64,000 nucleotides of DNA from the NCBI GenBank assembly GCA_002189035.1, contig NEEC01000010.1, positions 1,736,001 to 1,800,000 of the forward strand. Direction: 5' to 3'. The notes under the pieces are model-generated. The model was not told the origin of the DNA. It worked only from the letters and a program-made list of their open reading frames with translations, and made no database searches. Below, one piece after another: positions 13,300-25,963 of the stretch. Position numbers and translations under genes: made by a program. The DNA is from Utricularia gibba (Eukaryota > Plantae > Magnoliophyta). The first letter of the stretch is position 1, and the number at the start of each line of letters is the position of its first letter.

Positions 13300-15074
13300 A
13301 TGTCGAGCCTCTTTAGGATTGCCCGGTAATCTGTTCAACCCCCCTGCGTTTTTTGATTGAGGGAAAATGCTTCTTGCTTTTGCTCGGAAGATTTGCTGAG
13401 TATGTGCCCCGGGTATTTCGGAAGAATATGAAATTGGAGGCAGGGATGCGTTTGTTTCTAGTGTGGCATGCTGGTTGATTGGGTTGGAAATGCTAGTCCA
13501 CCCTGCTGCTCTTTGAATTCTGCGTTTCGAGGTTTTACATGAAATAGGGGGAGTAGAACATGTATTTTTTTTCGTTGTTTTGTTTTTGGGTTTTCCGCTG
13601 TTAATGGGCTGCATAGAGATGACAATGAATTGGAGCGTAACCACAACATTCCTGTAGAAGTTCACATGATGCTTTCTTATTTCATACTGCCCATTCGAGA
13701 AGAGGGGTGCTCTTATTACGTTGGTTCTTATGTATGAAATAGGAACTCTCAGTTGCTGAGGAGCATGTTCGTTGAAGCTTCCAGTGACCTTACGTTGTTA
13801 CGTGGTATGTCATTCAAGGCTGGTGTTTCTGCTGCATTTCCTGGTTCAACAGAGGCTACGATTCCTACTGCTTACTCGAGAGTTAGGCCCGATGGTAGGC
13901 ATATCTCAGCATCTTGTATCCTCAAGGGCCTTACGGCTAAGTGACTCTGCTTGTCTTTTTCTGCAAGGGAACCCTGGAATTAAAATATATGCACCTTATA
14001 CAGTATACAAAGGGAAAGCAGCACTCGCTGCTGAAATGATCCTGCCGAAGTTTAATAGATTGAAGGTTTGCTGTTTAGTGGATTTCAGTCATATTAACCG
14101 CATCTTCTTCCATCTGACCTTTCTCTGTGCAGTCTGGAAGTTATAGACTTGAACGCTCTGGTGGTGTTATGTTGACGTTGTGGCCAGCCATTGGTGAGCG
14201 CAAATATAACTGGGAGAAGCGGCAGGTAAGATAATCACGTATACACTAACATCCTCTAGTAACTTCTGTGCCATCCAATCATTCCTTGCATAATGCAGTT
14301 ATTTTCCTTGTCTGCAACTGAGGTCGGATCACTTATCAGTTTGGGATCCAAGGAATCATGTGAATTTTTCCATGATCCAGCCATGAAGTCAAGGTGATTC
14401 TCTATTTTGGTCCGAGTAAACTTTCCTCTTGAGCCAATTATTGAGACTCTGTCTGGTTTCTAGCCCCATGTAGAATGAAAAAACCGAATGCAGGTCAAAT
14501 AATGAAACTAACCGGATACTGATATCCAGCAATGCAGGTCAGATAAGGAAGACCTTGTCGATCAAGGCACATGATGATGGTAGTGGCTACTTTATAACTT
14601 TGGGTAAGAAACTTTCTCAATGGCATTGAGCAAGTCCACAGCTGTTTGTTTTGAAATGCTAAGCTGTCAGACACATTGTAGATTGACCATAATATATATC
14701 TAGACTTGTTTTCGAATCTCAGTTCTTCAAGACAATCTGTACTGATCTGTGCAGCATTTGATGCTGGCAGGAGTTATGAATAATGTGCTGAGGACAAATG
14801 ATCGTCTAACTGTTCCCGTCTCTACTGCTGAATTCGCAGTGCTACGATCAGCTTGCACTGTATGCCATTTTCCTCGATCTCTCTTGTCTTATCATGTAAA
14901 ATAATATATGATTTGGCCCGCGAAACATTTTCCTTTTTGTCTCAATTGATGCAGTTCGCATTGCCTCACCTCTTGGGTTGGGACAAGCACAGCAATCAGC
15001 TTCCGAGTTCAAACAGTGAAAGCTCGTACAGGTCAGCGGCCCCTGCTATTCCGAGCTTGGAATGGGACAGATGA
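13300..15074 (+). CDS. WHY2: Whirly single-stranded DNA-binding protein, mitochondrial type
   Basis: MSSLFRIAR|RNSQLLRS... presequence-like N-terminus, [10 protein letters not shown] motif, [33 protein letters not shown]-terminus LEWDR*. Confidence 0.92.
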
Positions 15075-15314
15075 AAGATCTTATTTGATCATGAGGTCGC
15101 TGGCACCCTTTTGCTTGGTAGTTAGTTTGCAGTACTTATCGTATCACTGACTATGGAGGGCATTATTTAGCTGCTCGGTTTTCATGGATGATGCGATCTT
15201 GAATACTCATCTAAATCCTGAAATGCAGTTACCAGTTTATATCACAAAGGTTTGTCTAGCACATATAATCCTTCCATTCATTTCAGGGTGACAAGTGTGG
15301 TTCTACACAGTCAT

Positions 15315-16289
15315 TCATGCGTCCCTGACTTTTAGCTTCACTTCCGAAGGGGAGGTGACTGGTTTTCCCGGGCTTGAAGGAACAGCGGTGCTGAATCTCT
15401 GAGTTAACATCGTGAAACACGGAACAAGGGCTACATACAAGGCTCCGAAGATTATTGGTGCTGCGACAACCCATCCGAGCAGCTGCATGAACAGCAAGAG
15501 TAAGTCAAGGGAGAGTGAAGGGGAAATAGAATCAGACTTCATTATACCGCATGGTATATGCTGTAGAAGATTTCTCGTGAAGCTTGTCCGCTCAACAACT
15601 TCCTCAAGGCGTCAGAAGTTAACGGAAACTTAGGCCCCCCGGTGATGAACTCACCGAATCGTAAGAAGGGAACCACCAGACTGCACAATGGAAACAGCAG
15701 TTGTAAGATGTTGAAGCTGAACATGGAGTGAAGGGTTCGGATTTCGTCTGTTGCAGGTCGAAGAACTTGGCAAATGCTGAAGAAGGAAGCAGGGTTACCT
15801 TAGCTCAACAGGGGTAGCTATGAAATTCGCCAGCATCACGGTGGGGCATGGCACTGAGATCCAAAGATTGCGAAGGCTATCCCGCATAGGAACACCGTTA
15901 CACCTGCCACCATGAAAGAAGATAGCTGTTTCCTTAGATTTGCACACGAGGATTTCAGAGAAGGGTTTCCTGATTCCTGATACATCAAGTTGGTTTTGAT
16001 GGATCAGGCATGCAAAGGAAGAAGGCCAAAGATAGTAGTAGAAGGAAGGTAACGACGACCGTACCGCAAATCGGAAAAACTCCGAGGGTGATGCCCAGAG
16101 AAGCCGAGAAGGCCAATTTCCTGGGTTCGGTTCCCCTGTTAATCAAATCCGTAACACGTAAGTGACTACAAACAGGGAAAAGGGCGAAATTCGTTCCTAC
16201 GTGCGAAGGATATGGAGAAGAGGATCAACGATTCGTCCGCGGAACCACGGCCCCCAGCCGGAACCAAAGCAGCAGCTCCTCGTCGCCAT
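15315..16289 (-). CDS. DUF2062-family membrane protein
   Basis: MATRSCCFGSGWGPWFRGRIVDPLLHILR|GTEPRKLAFSASLGITLGVFPICG|VTVFLCG...LANFIATPVEL|SLVVPFLRFGE...|LLGWVVAAP...KVRDA*. Junction phases are consistent. Confidence 0.82.
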
Positions 16290-16585
16290 TCTCGGAACCA
16301 GAGAAAAATTGGACCGGTGGCCCCCAAATTGACGTGCTTCACATACGCACCTTGCAAAGAATTAAATGCAAGGCCTCTTGATTAGTTGTTACAGCTCAGA
16401 CCTCACCGTCGCCCGCTCCGTTCCGGTTGCGGTTCCCACCGTCGGTGGTCGTGGCACTGAAGTTAATCGGCGGTACGCGTTACTATAATTCTTTTCTAGT
16501 CCTTCGAATTTCAGTGCTTGCATACGTTGGCCCCTGGATTTTCCGTTCTCGTAGCATGTGGGGTTACTGGTATACAACAACATCT

Positions 16586-18568
16586 CTACAGGGATAGAAG
16601 GATGACGGTGATGGTACAACAAAGGATCAAGTAAGACCAGGAAGACCTTACGAAACAAAATTTCCTGGAATCGTCGGAACTCGAAAACCTGTTTGCGGCC
16701 AAGTCTACGATCGACCGGAAAACTCCAAGTATACCAAAAACTGCACTGACAAGGAATATGATCACCCCTTGTTTTCCAGGTGCAGTTGGTTCTCTCTCAC
16801 GCTTTGCACTTCCAGTCTGCATTCGATGTGGAATCAACAATGGAGTAAGAGCAGAGTTTAGGATACCCGCTAGAAGTTGCTAATGCTCGAGATGTTTTCT
16901 CTTGATGAAACAGAGAACTAGGAGTTGACATGTACCTGAGAAGGGCGTGTTCGTCGAGTACGTCCTGCAGCTGTGCAGAAACGAGCGATTTCCAAGCTGC
17001 AACACTGCTTATTTCCTTGTCCTGCAACGTTGACAGATTTAGAAGAAGGTCACTTCAGAGTTGAAACACGATGGACAACCGGTTCACGTACCATGTTTTC
17101 TTTGCTTTCAGAGAGATTACGGATGCTTGACATGATACTCTCCACGATTACGCTGAGGTCTCCAACGTCTCTGTGAAGTTTTTGGAATATATCTCGATAT
17201 CCTGAATTCAGTTCACCTGAATACCGCTCCAGAATTGCCAAGTTCACATCCAAGGACCTGACCTTTGTCATCAGAATCTTGAGAACGCTGTCACCAGGCA
17301 TTTTCTTGTCAGGGATACTGTGAGTTTCCTCAACTGGATCTGGCAACGCAACATCAGGTTTCAATTGCCTGGTATCAGAATTTACAACCGGAGTGGTACT
17401 GGGCTTCTCGCCACCTGAATCTCCAGTAGTATCATGTTCATTGGACTGGTTGAAGCCAGTGTTCATTTCACCTGATGATACTACAGAACCTGGTAACTTA
17501 CCCTTGGCTGCAATCAGATCCTCAAGCATTTTCTCTACTGCATCAACACCATACACTTCCAGGACGCTGAGTGTACAATAGAACTCCGAGCCATAATGGC
17601 TTAAGAGGTTCAGTTTAAGATATCTGGCCCACTTTGGTTCTGGCAACACAAAGCGTTGGGCAAGCTTTATGTTTGCAGCAGTGAAGTTCCCAAGTTTGAA
17701 CCACGCTTCACTGGGATAAACAGCACTGCCTAACAGCTCGAAGCCCTTCAAGTTCGATGAATGATGCTCAAAGTTCGCTGTTTCAATTGTATCCACCAAG
17801 GTTTCCTCGGAAAGTTGAATCACAACAAATTTCTCCTCACAAGAACAAGGATTTCTAAGATACTTATCTTTATCCCTGTTCAAGATATTGGAAGCGCCCT
17901 TGGCTTCTTTATTCCACTCTAAGACCTTGGCTCCCTTGGATGCAGAAGCATAGTTGTATTCTGCCCCACCAGGCTCAACTCTGTGTATGATCCCCCCGGT
18001 GAGATCTGCCAGGTCATTGCTCTGAGAGCTGTATGCTTTAATCTTGAACTCATCAAGATCTGGAGGTATGATGCTTGATTTCACCTCCACATGTGCAGGT
18101 GAGTTTATAGATTTCACTGTCTCCTTATCACACATGGAAATTTCAGGCTCATGAGCTTCTGCGGATTCAACAAAAGAGACATCAGAGAGGCCTCCATGCC
18201 CATCAATAGCTTCGGTGGAGTTCTGTCTGCCAAATGCAGCACTGTCTTCCTCCCATCTTGTTGTGTTCTGGCTTGCGATCTCTGTAATTCAACAATTATG
18301 AAGTGCCAAATGGAAATGAATGCATTGTTTTCACAAAAACAATCCCCAAATGCTGCACTAGAAAGAGATGGAGATCAAACAACTAAAAAGAATGCATGAT
18401 AGACTGACCTTTATGACCGTCCACATGGTTGATCCAGGTGTTCAATAAGAAAACAAAGCCCCAAAGAACAACAACAAACGTAACAGAGTATCTGTAAAGG
18501 CAAGCCTTTCTGGATTCAGTTTCCTTCAAAGCTCTCTTCTCCAGAAGAGCTTTCCGTGATCTCTGCAT
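16586..18568 (-). CDS. Mid-SUN domain protein (SUN3/4/5 class)
   Basis: [10 protein letters not shown]-terminus, TM segment, [13 protein letters not shown]...[10 protein letters not shown]...[10 protein letters not shown]...[22 protein letters not shown] domain, coiled coil and C-terminal TMs. 1-bp deletion near 16766 (HLENKG/VIIF). Confidence 0.92.
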
Positions 18569-20549
18569 CGCACATACATCCAATTTACAGGGGAGAACAC
18601 GAAGCCCCTGCAGATAAAAGATGGATATTAGAAGCAGCAACATCAAAGAGAGAGCTTTACGTGATCTCTGGCTGCACTCCATCATGCACCTGATTTAAAG
18701 CCTCAACCTTTGAGACAAAAACCATCTCACAAAGACATCAACAGGAAAAGACCAACACCCAAGTAAAGAAGATCCAAAAAGAGAGAAACCAGAAAACAAA
18801 AGTACATAATGAAGAACCACAAGGCAAAGGGTTTACCAAGGTATCTCAAATGCGTATATGAAGCATAAGGCCTTAAACACCAAAGAAAGCATTGTGTATT
18901 CATCGGATGAACAGTACACACAATACCACTCAACCGCAATAGCCCCAAAATCTGCACTGGGCAACAACGCGAACCCCAGATCGCAGTGCACATTGAAATT
19001 TTTTTTATTTTTCCGAAAAAGGGATCAAATTGGATGACACCCATCACGAAAATGGAAAAATTACAAATAAAGAAGCGAACTTAGCAATCTAGACCATTCG
19101 AACAACAGAAAGGACTTCATAATGCACTAAAAAGAATACTGGAATCCAAGTTACGATAACATCAAAATCAACATACCCAAATCCTCGGTGAATGTCCACA
19201 ACTCGGGTAAGCAACCAGAAGGCACACGTTTTGTTTCCCACAATTCAAGACTGTAAGACGAAGACAAGTAGAAGAAGTAATAAAGAATTCCCGATCCCCG
19301 TTGAATCAACAAACCAGTTCCACAAGAATGAAATCAACAACCTCAAGAAGCCTTCCGCGTTCGGGTCTCTTGACTTTCTGACCTCCGTGTTTTAACGGGC
19401 TGGCACTTGGCAAGAACAAAATTATTATTAAATTCATACCCACATTTTTACACTGGAATTAATATTACTGATAATTTCCCAACTTATTTGGTTTTAATGT
19501 AATTTCGAAAAAAAATACTATCAAATTCGTGGTTTAGTCAAATGGGGACCTTTTTTTTATTGGGGGCCTAAAAAGTCTACTTTTAGTCCCACTTTGGGTT
19601 ATCCTCACTTTAGTTTTGGGATCGATTCCGAACCCATGAAACGAGCAACTACTATCACGTTTGAAATATTAGAAATTTTAATATTTATTTCTTTTATCAG
19701 TGAATGAGTATTCTGAAAAATTTTTAAATTTATTTTTATTTTTCAAAAATGAAAATAGATTTATTGTAAAATGCTTTTAATTATAAAAATAATTATATCA
19801 AAAATATTTTTAAAAAATAAGAAGTTGATTACTTTTAATTTTTATTTCTATTTTTAAAAATAAAAACAAATTTCAAAAATTTTACAGAACATTATTTAAA
19901 TATGATGAAAGAATAACGTTTCACAATTTTATTTTAAGAACCAAAATAAAAATTTGGAATAATAATGCGTAGATAAGAATAAAAAATAAAATGAATATGA
20001 AAAAATATGAAAAAAAACAAAACATAAAATTATATAAAATGTTTACAAATTAATTTTGAAATTAAAATTTGATCATTAATTTTTGGAACCGGAAGCTATA
20101 TACATTCAAGGGGAACGCACAAATGGTTACTGTTGGGTTGTACGCATGCTTTAATTTCATCATTAGTATTTATATCGCATCATTTAATATCATTAAAATG
20201 CTTCAAGAAACAATGTGACATAAGAAAAAAACGAAATTTTTTATTAATTTCGAAAAAATGATCAATTTTAGGAAACTTCTAAAATATTTCAATTAATAAA
20301 AAATTTGAAATCCGAAATTTTGGAAAATTTTATCATAATTTAAAACATTGCATAGGGCTAGGGTCTAATCAAGAGTTTAAGGGCTACAAAAAGGGAAAAT
20401 GCAAGAAAGGAGATCACTGCGGATTAACTGCGAAACATATGCTCAAGGCTGACAGTGAACTGACACCATGTAAAAGGGATCCAAAAATTAGGAATGAGCT
20501 GTGGATTTGAAACCAGACTCAGTAACAGTTTTTGCACCTGGAGGAGTCT

Positions 20550-22446
20550 TCAGATCTTGATGTTGAAATAATCTTGATCAAAATGGTGCAATCTCACGTA
20601 CCCATCTTCGCCTCCGCTAGAGAAACTACAATGGGGAGGAACAAATCACTCGAAATATAGATGTATGCTTAAGCAAGTAAGAAGAGATTCACCGAGTTGG
20701 ACAGCTAGGGGGTATTGGAAGTAGGGTAGGATTTGAAAAACTGTACCTTTTTCCATCCGGGTTGAAGGCCAAGGCATTTATGGGTCCAAAATGGCCCTTA
20801 ACGCCTCCTATTTCTTCAGTAAGAATCTGAGGATGGGAGCAAGAGTGACGGATTATCGCAGTGGAATTATCATGACATTTTCATGCATTGTTCGGAAGCG
20901 TTCCAAAATTACCTTGTCATAGAACTTCGCCTCAAACTTCCCAGCTCGATGATCAGTGGTCGTGACCGCTGATGCATCCTGACCACCTCCAAGAACAACC
21001 TGTAAATGATATGAATAGCTTCAGAAGATGTTGAATTTATTTCCATATACCAAATCTCTATGGGACAATCTAAAAGCCTGAACCAACTTCAGCTGTTTTT
21101 TGATACTATCCTTGCCCTACACTTACATGATCAAGAAGTGGAGACATTGCAACTGCATTTACAGGACGCTCAGTAACATATGTCTTGATAAGTTTTAGTG
21201 TTCTAGTATCCCAGAGCTGGCACACAAGACAGAAAATTGCATCAAGCATACAATAACACTCTGATAGCATAAAAAGAAAATAAAAATGGTCACCTTGGCA
21301 GACTTATCCAACGAGCCAGTCAAAAAATGCGAACCATCTGAGGCTTTCGAAAGTGAAGTTATGGGTTTCTTGTGGCCTTCTTCTTTGTCACTCTCCTTGA
21401 GTAGTTTCCCAGTCTGCAGATATTTTTTCCGTTACAAGATAAGGACTCAGTCTAGAAAAATGAAACTACTGAAGGGAGATCAAACAAGCTAAACTCATTT
21501 TACTTATATTTTTCAAATCAGTTCACATCGAAACTAGAAAGTATCCCCTTAAACTGACAAGAGATAGCCTTGAAGCATCCATCAAGCAATTCAACTGGCT
21601 GGTTCAACTGGAAACTGCCCTGTTAAGGAGGCTACCTAACCGGTCCAAAAGGAAGTTAATGGCACTAACCTCGGAGTCCCATATACGTACGACAGCATCT
21701 TCACCAGCACTGATTACTGTCCTGTTAAGAGGTCCCCATACTGCTCTGTTAATTCTTCCTTGAGGTCCCTTCAGAATGAGAACAGATTCACCACTTTCTG
21801 CCATTCCCAATAGAAAAAAATTAGACCCAAATTTAGTATAGTAAAATAGGCACACAACGAAAAAAAAATAACTCACGGCTATCTGGATCCCGAGCAATCC
21901 GTTTAATGTGTATGGAAGAAGGCAATCCCATAAAAGGATCAGTAGTAATCAAAACAAGCTTATCACCAACTGAATAATCAACAGACCGCGCCGGGGAATC
22001 GAAGTTAAACGTAAAAAGTGGGGTTCCTGTCTTCACATCCCATATTTTAGCTGTTTGATCCGCGCTTCCCGTAATAAGTCTGGAGGAATCCCTAAAACCA
22101 CAAAAAACAACCCATCACTCCAAAGACTTCCAAATCAAGGTTCAACATATTCCATCCACTCGTCAAGTAAAAAAAGATTAAAACCCTAAAAACAGCACCT
22201 CGACGTGAAGGTAAATCAGGCATTATACTGAACACGAAAATCATAGAGAAAAGTGAATTAACTGGAAATATCGCAGGACCAAACAGCGCCGTTATGGCCA
22301 CGGTAAGTGCCGAGGCGCTCTCCATTATCAGCGAACCAAACCGTGGGATTGTGATCCTTGGCGCAAGAGATAAGAAGATCCCCGTCTCTGTTGTACTTCA
22401 GAAACGTCAGTGGCCTTTCATGGCCCTTCATCAATATCGGCCTCAT
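20550..22446 (-). CDS. eIF3i: Translation initiation factor 3 subunit I (WD40)
   Basis: [48 protein letters not shown]-terminus [17 protein letters not shown]. Confidence 0.97.
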
Positions 22447-22555
22447 CTTCACAAAAACTCTCTTCTTCCCCTCCGGCGCGACTGCCAATTCGGTCTCGCA
22501 AACAATCGACAGCTGCTGCGCTTCATCATTCGGGTCACTCTTTACATTTTTTAGC

Positions 22556-22612
22556 TTTCGGCCCACTTAAATTCCCATGGGCCTCTCTGGATATGCACGC
22601 AGGCCCAGCCCA
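22556..22612 (-). promoter_or_regulatory. Site II (GGCCCA/TGGGCC) cluster upstream of eIF3i, with a telo-box (AAACCCTA near 22181) in intron 1
   Basis: Motifs read directly; the site II plus telo-box combination is established for plant translation-machinery genes. Confidence 0.6.
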
Positions 22613-23423
22613 ATAACTCACCCCCGCCCCCCCCCAGCTTATAAACAGTATTTTTCATTTCGAATTTCAGGAAAACTGATCAAATTTCAATGAGATTTAG
22701 AAATATTAAATTTTTTTAAAAAATTAAAATCTGAAATTTCATAAAAATTTCAATTATTTATATTTTTAATTATCATGAGTTTGTGAATTAAATATTATAA
22801 ACTATCTATTCTAAGTACATTTATCGAACATAAAACCATTTTAAACACATATACGAAAAACATATATACTAAATAAATTTTATATTTTAATTATATAATA
22901 AATGTTTATATAAATAATTAAAATATGCTACCAAACATCCAATGAAAAGATACACATGCCATCTTAAATATCTAAATTTCAGACCAGCCCCTGGCATTAA
23001 GGTATTATTACACTGGAACACATACATAATTACAACTTCAAAAACAGTTAAATCCGAGAAAGAGGGAAAATGCGGTGCGGCTACCCTTTTCGCGTCTGTG
23101 CAGAACGCAAACTGTTCTAACTGCACTGCAAGTGCAGCAATGAAAATTCTGGGTTGGCTGGAGCCTGGATCGGTGATTTGCATTGGAATGCACAAAATGT
23201 AATATATGCTGGTTGATGAAAACCATGAAACGGCGCCCATGTTCCACCGTTTCATCTTTCGTTGAAATAAATAGCTGGGCAGCTGATCCAGCCAATCGGA
23301 GATCACTCGGCGTCTCCCGGTTTCGGTTTCCTGTTACCTCCAGTTGCTCTATAAATACCTTCCTTCCGCCATCCATGAGATTCACCCAACCCGCGTAGTG
23401 TCTGTTACCTGCCTGACTTCTCC

Positions 23424-25082
23424 ATGGCTTCCTCCCTTCTTAATCTTGTCTTTATTTTCCTGCTTCTCATCGGATTCCATGGAGCGTCCGGCGATGACAT
23501 GACGGCGTTCGTCAAGAGAGGGGGGATCACTTTCTCCTGAACGGATCCCCGTACCTATTCAATGGTTGATATTTTTAATCACAAGGTCGTTAGGTTGAAA
23601 ATGCATCTACCTCTTTTTGATCACTCACTGTTGGTGCAGGCTTCAATGCCTACTGGATGATGAATGTGGCAGCTGACGTCGGAGCTCGGGAAAAGTGAGC
23701 CAAGTCTTCCAGCAGGCGTCGGCCGCGGGGCTGACCGTCTGCCGGACTTGGGCGTTCAGCGACGGCGGATCGGGGTCGTTGCAGGTGTCACCTGGGGTCT
23801 ACGACGAACGCGTCTTCCAGGCCCTGGATTTTGTGGTATCCGAAGCCAGGAAAAATAATGTGCGATTAATATTAAGCTTGGTGAACAATTACAACGATTA
23901 CGGGGGTCGCCGTCAGTACGTTCAGTGGGCGAAAGCCGCCGGCGCTCAGGCTAACAGTGACGACGATTTCTACACCAACCCCACTGTTAAAACTTACTAC
24001 AAGAACCACGTCACGGTTCGTCACCATGATCCGTAGACACCACACATTCTTATCCACTTTTCATTTTTGTCATTTTCGAATCACGTGTGTTCAATTGTTG
24101 CAGAAAGTGTTGGGAAGAATCAATACAATAACCAACGTAGCTTACAAGGAGGATCCCACGATCATGGCATGGGAGCTGATGAATGAGCCTCGCTGCCAGG
24201 CCGATTACTCAGGAAAAACAGTCAATGTACCATCGATCTGAATCCTTTTCCCTTCTCATTCATCATCTTTTGCACTGATTGATATGCTGTGGACTCTCGA
24301 TCCAGAGCTGGGTCCAAGAAATGGCGACTTTTGTGAAATCCCTTGACACCGATCACTTGCTGGAGGTCGGAATGGAGGGCTTCTACGGTGACTCGATGCC
24401 GGAAAGAAAGCAAGTGAACCCTGGTTATCAAGTTGGGACTGATTTCATCACCAACCATCTTGTCCCAGAGATCGATTTCGCCACCATTCACGCCTACTCC
24501 GATGCTTGGTTAGCTTCAAGTTCTATAACAAATGTTCGGTGTATATTTATGTTTATATCATACCAACAAAAACACTATCACACATGCAGGCTACCGGGCA
24601 AGAGCGAAGCGGAGCAGATACAGTTCATGGATCAATGGATGTCGAACCATGCTCAAGATTCGAAGAACATACTGAAAAAACCATTAGTTTTATCCGAATT
24701 CGGGTTGTCGAGCCGAGACTCGGGATATTCCCTCGACGAGAGAAACACATACATAACCGATGTATACAACCTGGTGGACAAGCTGGCGAGGAATGGTACC
24801 ATGAGCGGGAGCATGGTGTGGCAGCTGATGGCGGAAGGCATGGATGCATACCATGATGGGTATGAGATCATTCTTCCCGATGCGCCGTCGACGGCGAAGA
24901 TCATTACTGGTGAATCTCATTCCTTGGTTGCGCTGGGTAATGTGGACGGCGTCGGCACGGGTTCCTCGACGATGGGTCGGGGCAGGATGGACATGGATGT
25001 GGGTCGGGGCTTGATGAGCGACGGCCATTTCCCATGGAAGAATAAGCCCAGGCGTGGGCTGAATGGGCGTCTCTGGAACTGA
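23424..25082 (+). CDS. MAN: Mannan endo-1,4-beta-mannosidase (GH5), secreted
   Basis: Signal peptide, [34 protein letters not shown] (acid/base Glu), KPLVLSEFG (nucleophile Glu). TATAAATA at 23350. 1-bp deletion near 23692. Confidence 0.95.
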
Positions 25083-25508
25083 GCAGCGACATGGATGCAT
25101 AACACGCTTGAAATACTGAAGCTTTGATGCGTCTGTATCAATCATCTTCTTATCATTTGTAAGACGATGATGAATAAAGTTTGGTTTTCATTTCATTTGA
25201 GCCCCCTATTTTTCCAATTTTACATTTTACACCCAAGGGCAATCATGCAAAAATACAAATTTTGGGAGGTGGTCGCCGGCTGCGACGGTGGCTTCGCCGC
25301 TGTAGCTGACTGAGGAGTTCAGTATTGTTGCCTTTATCTTCTCATTGCTTCGATTGTTCGTCTGATTTGTTAGGATTTATTTTCATAACGCCCTTCAGGT
25401 GGTTGAGGAATTGAGATTTCATCCCAAGTTGTTACTTCTGTTTCCCCTGGTGGATTCTTGAGGGAAAGAGTTGTTTCCGCTTCAGGGTATTGAAGCATCA
25501 TCCAGACC

Positions 25509-25751
25509 ATGGAAAAAGTTCTGTTTTTTGCTCGACCAAGAGACATAACTGGGACTACAGACACGTCCTTAGAAGTTCCCTGTGGCATCACTGCACTTGA
25601 CTCCGTCAGTGAACTTATTTCGAGATTCTCTGGGCTAGAAGAGCTTCGTAACTGCATGCTGCTTGCTCTGAAACAAGAGTATGCCATGGATTCAACTCCT
25701 GTTCATGATGGAGATGAATTAGCCATCATACCTCCCATCAGTGGAGGATAG
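25509..25751 (+). CDS. CNX7: Molybdopterin synthase sulfur-carrier subunit (MoaD/MOCS2A)
   Basis: KVLFFAR...DGDELAIIPPISGG*, with the diagnostic C-terminal GG. Start codon slightly uncertain. Confidence 0.9.
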   Translation: MEKVLFFARPRDITGTTDTSLEVPCGITALDSVSELISRFSGLEELRNCMLLALKQEYAMDSTPVHDGDELAIIPPISGG

Positions 25752-25963
25752 AGCTTTGTTTCTTCTTCTCTAACAATTTGTTTGTGCAAGGATGCACATT
25801 TGTCAACATGGATGTCTCGTATAGCGTAAAAATACTTGAAGTCGAGGATCAAAAGCAGTTACAGATTTGGTTTCAGTGCCCAGAACCTTTGATTTGAGAT
25901 GGATGTCTAGGTCTAGACAGAAATTTGCTGTACTCAATTAAGTTCAACAGATGGAGGAGGTAC

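Noticed and set aside
13135-13665. 176-aa minus-strand ORF
   Set aside because: It is antisense to the WHY2 leader and intron 1, low complexity, with no motifs.
19600-20340. AT-rich spacers (also 47050-47550, 53200-53420, 58000-58450, 58900-60650) as defined transposons
   Set aside because: Only weak, low-complexity self-complementarity; no TIR or TSD pair can be supported.
24690-25145. 151-aa minus-strand ORF and similar antisense ORFs over GC-rich exons (e.g. 30369-30752, 42639-42944, 27528-27941)
   Set aside because: These are shadow frames of well-supported genes on the opposite strand.
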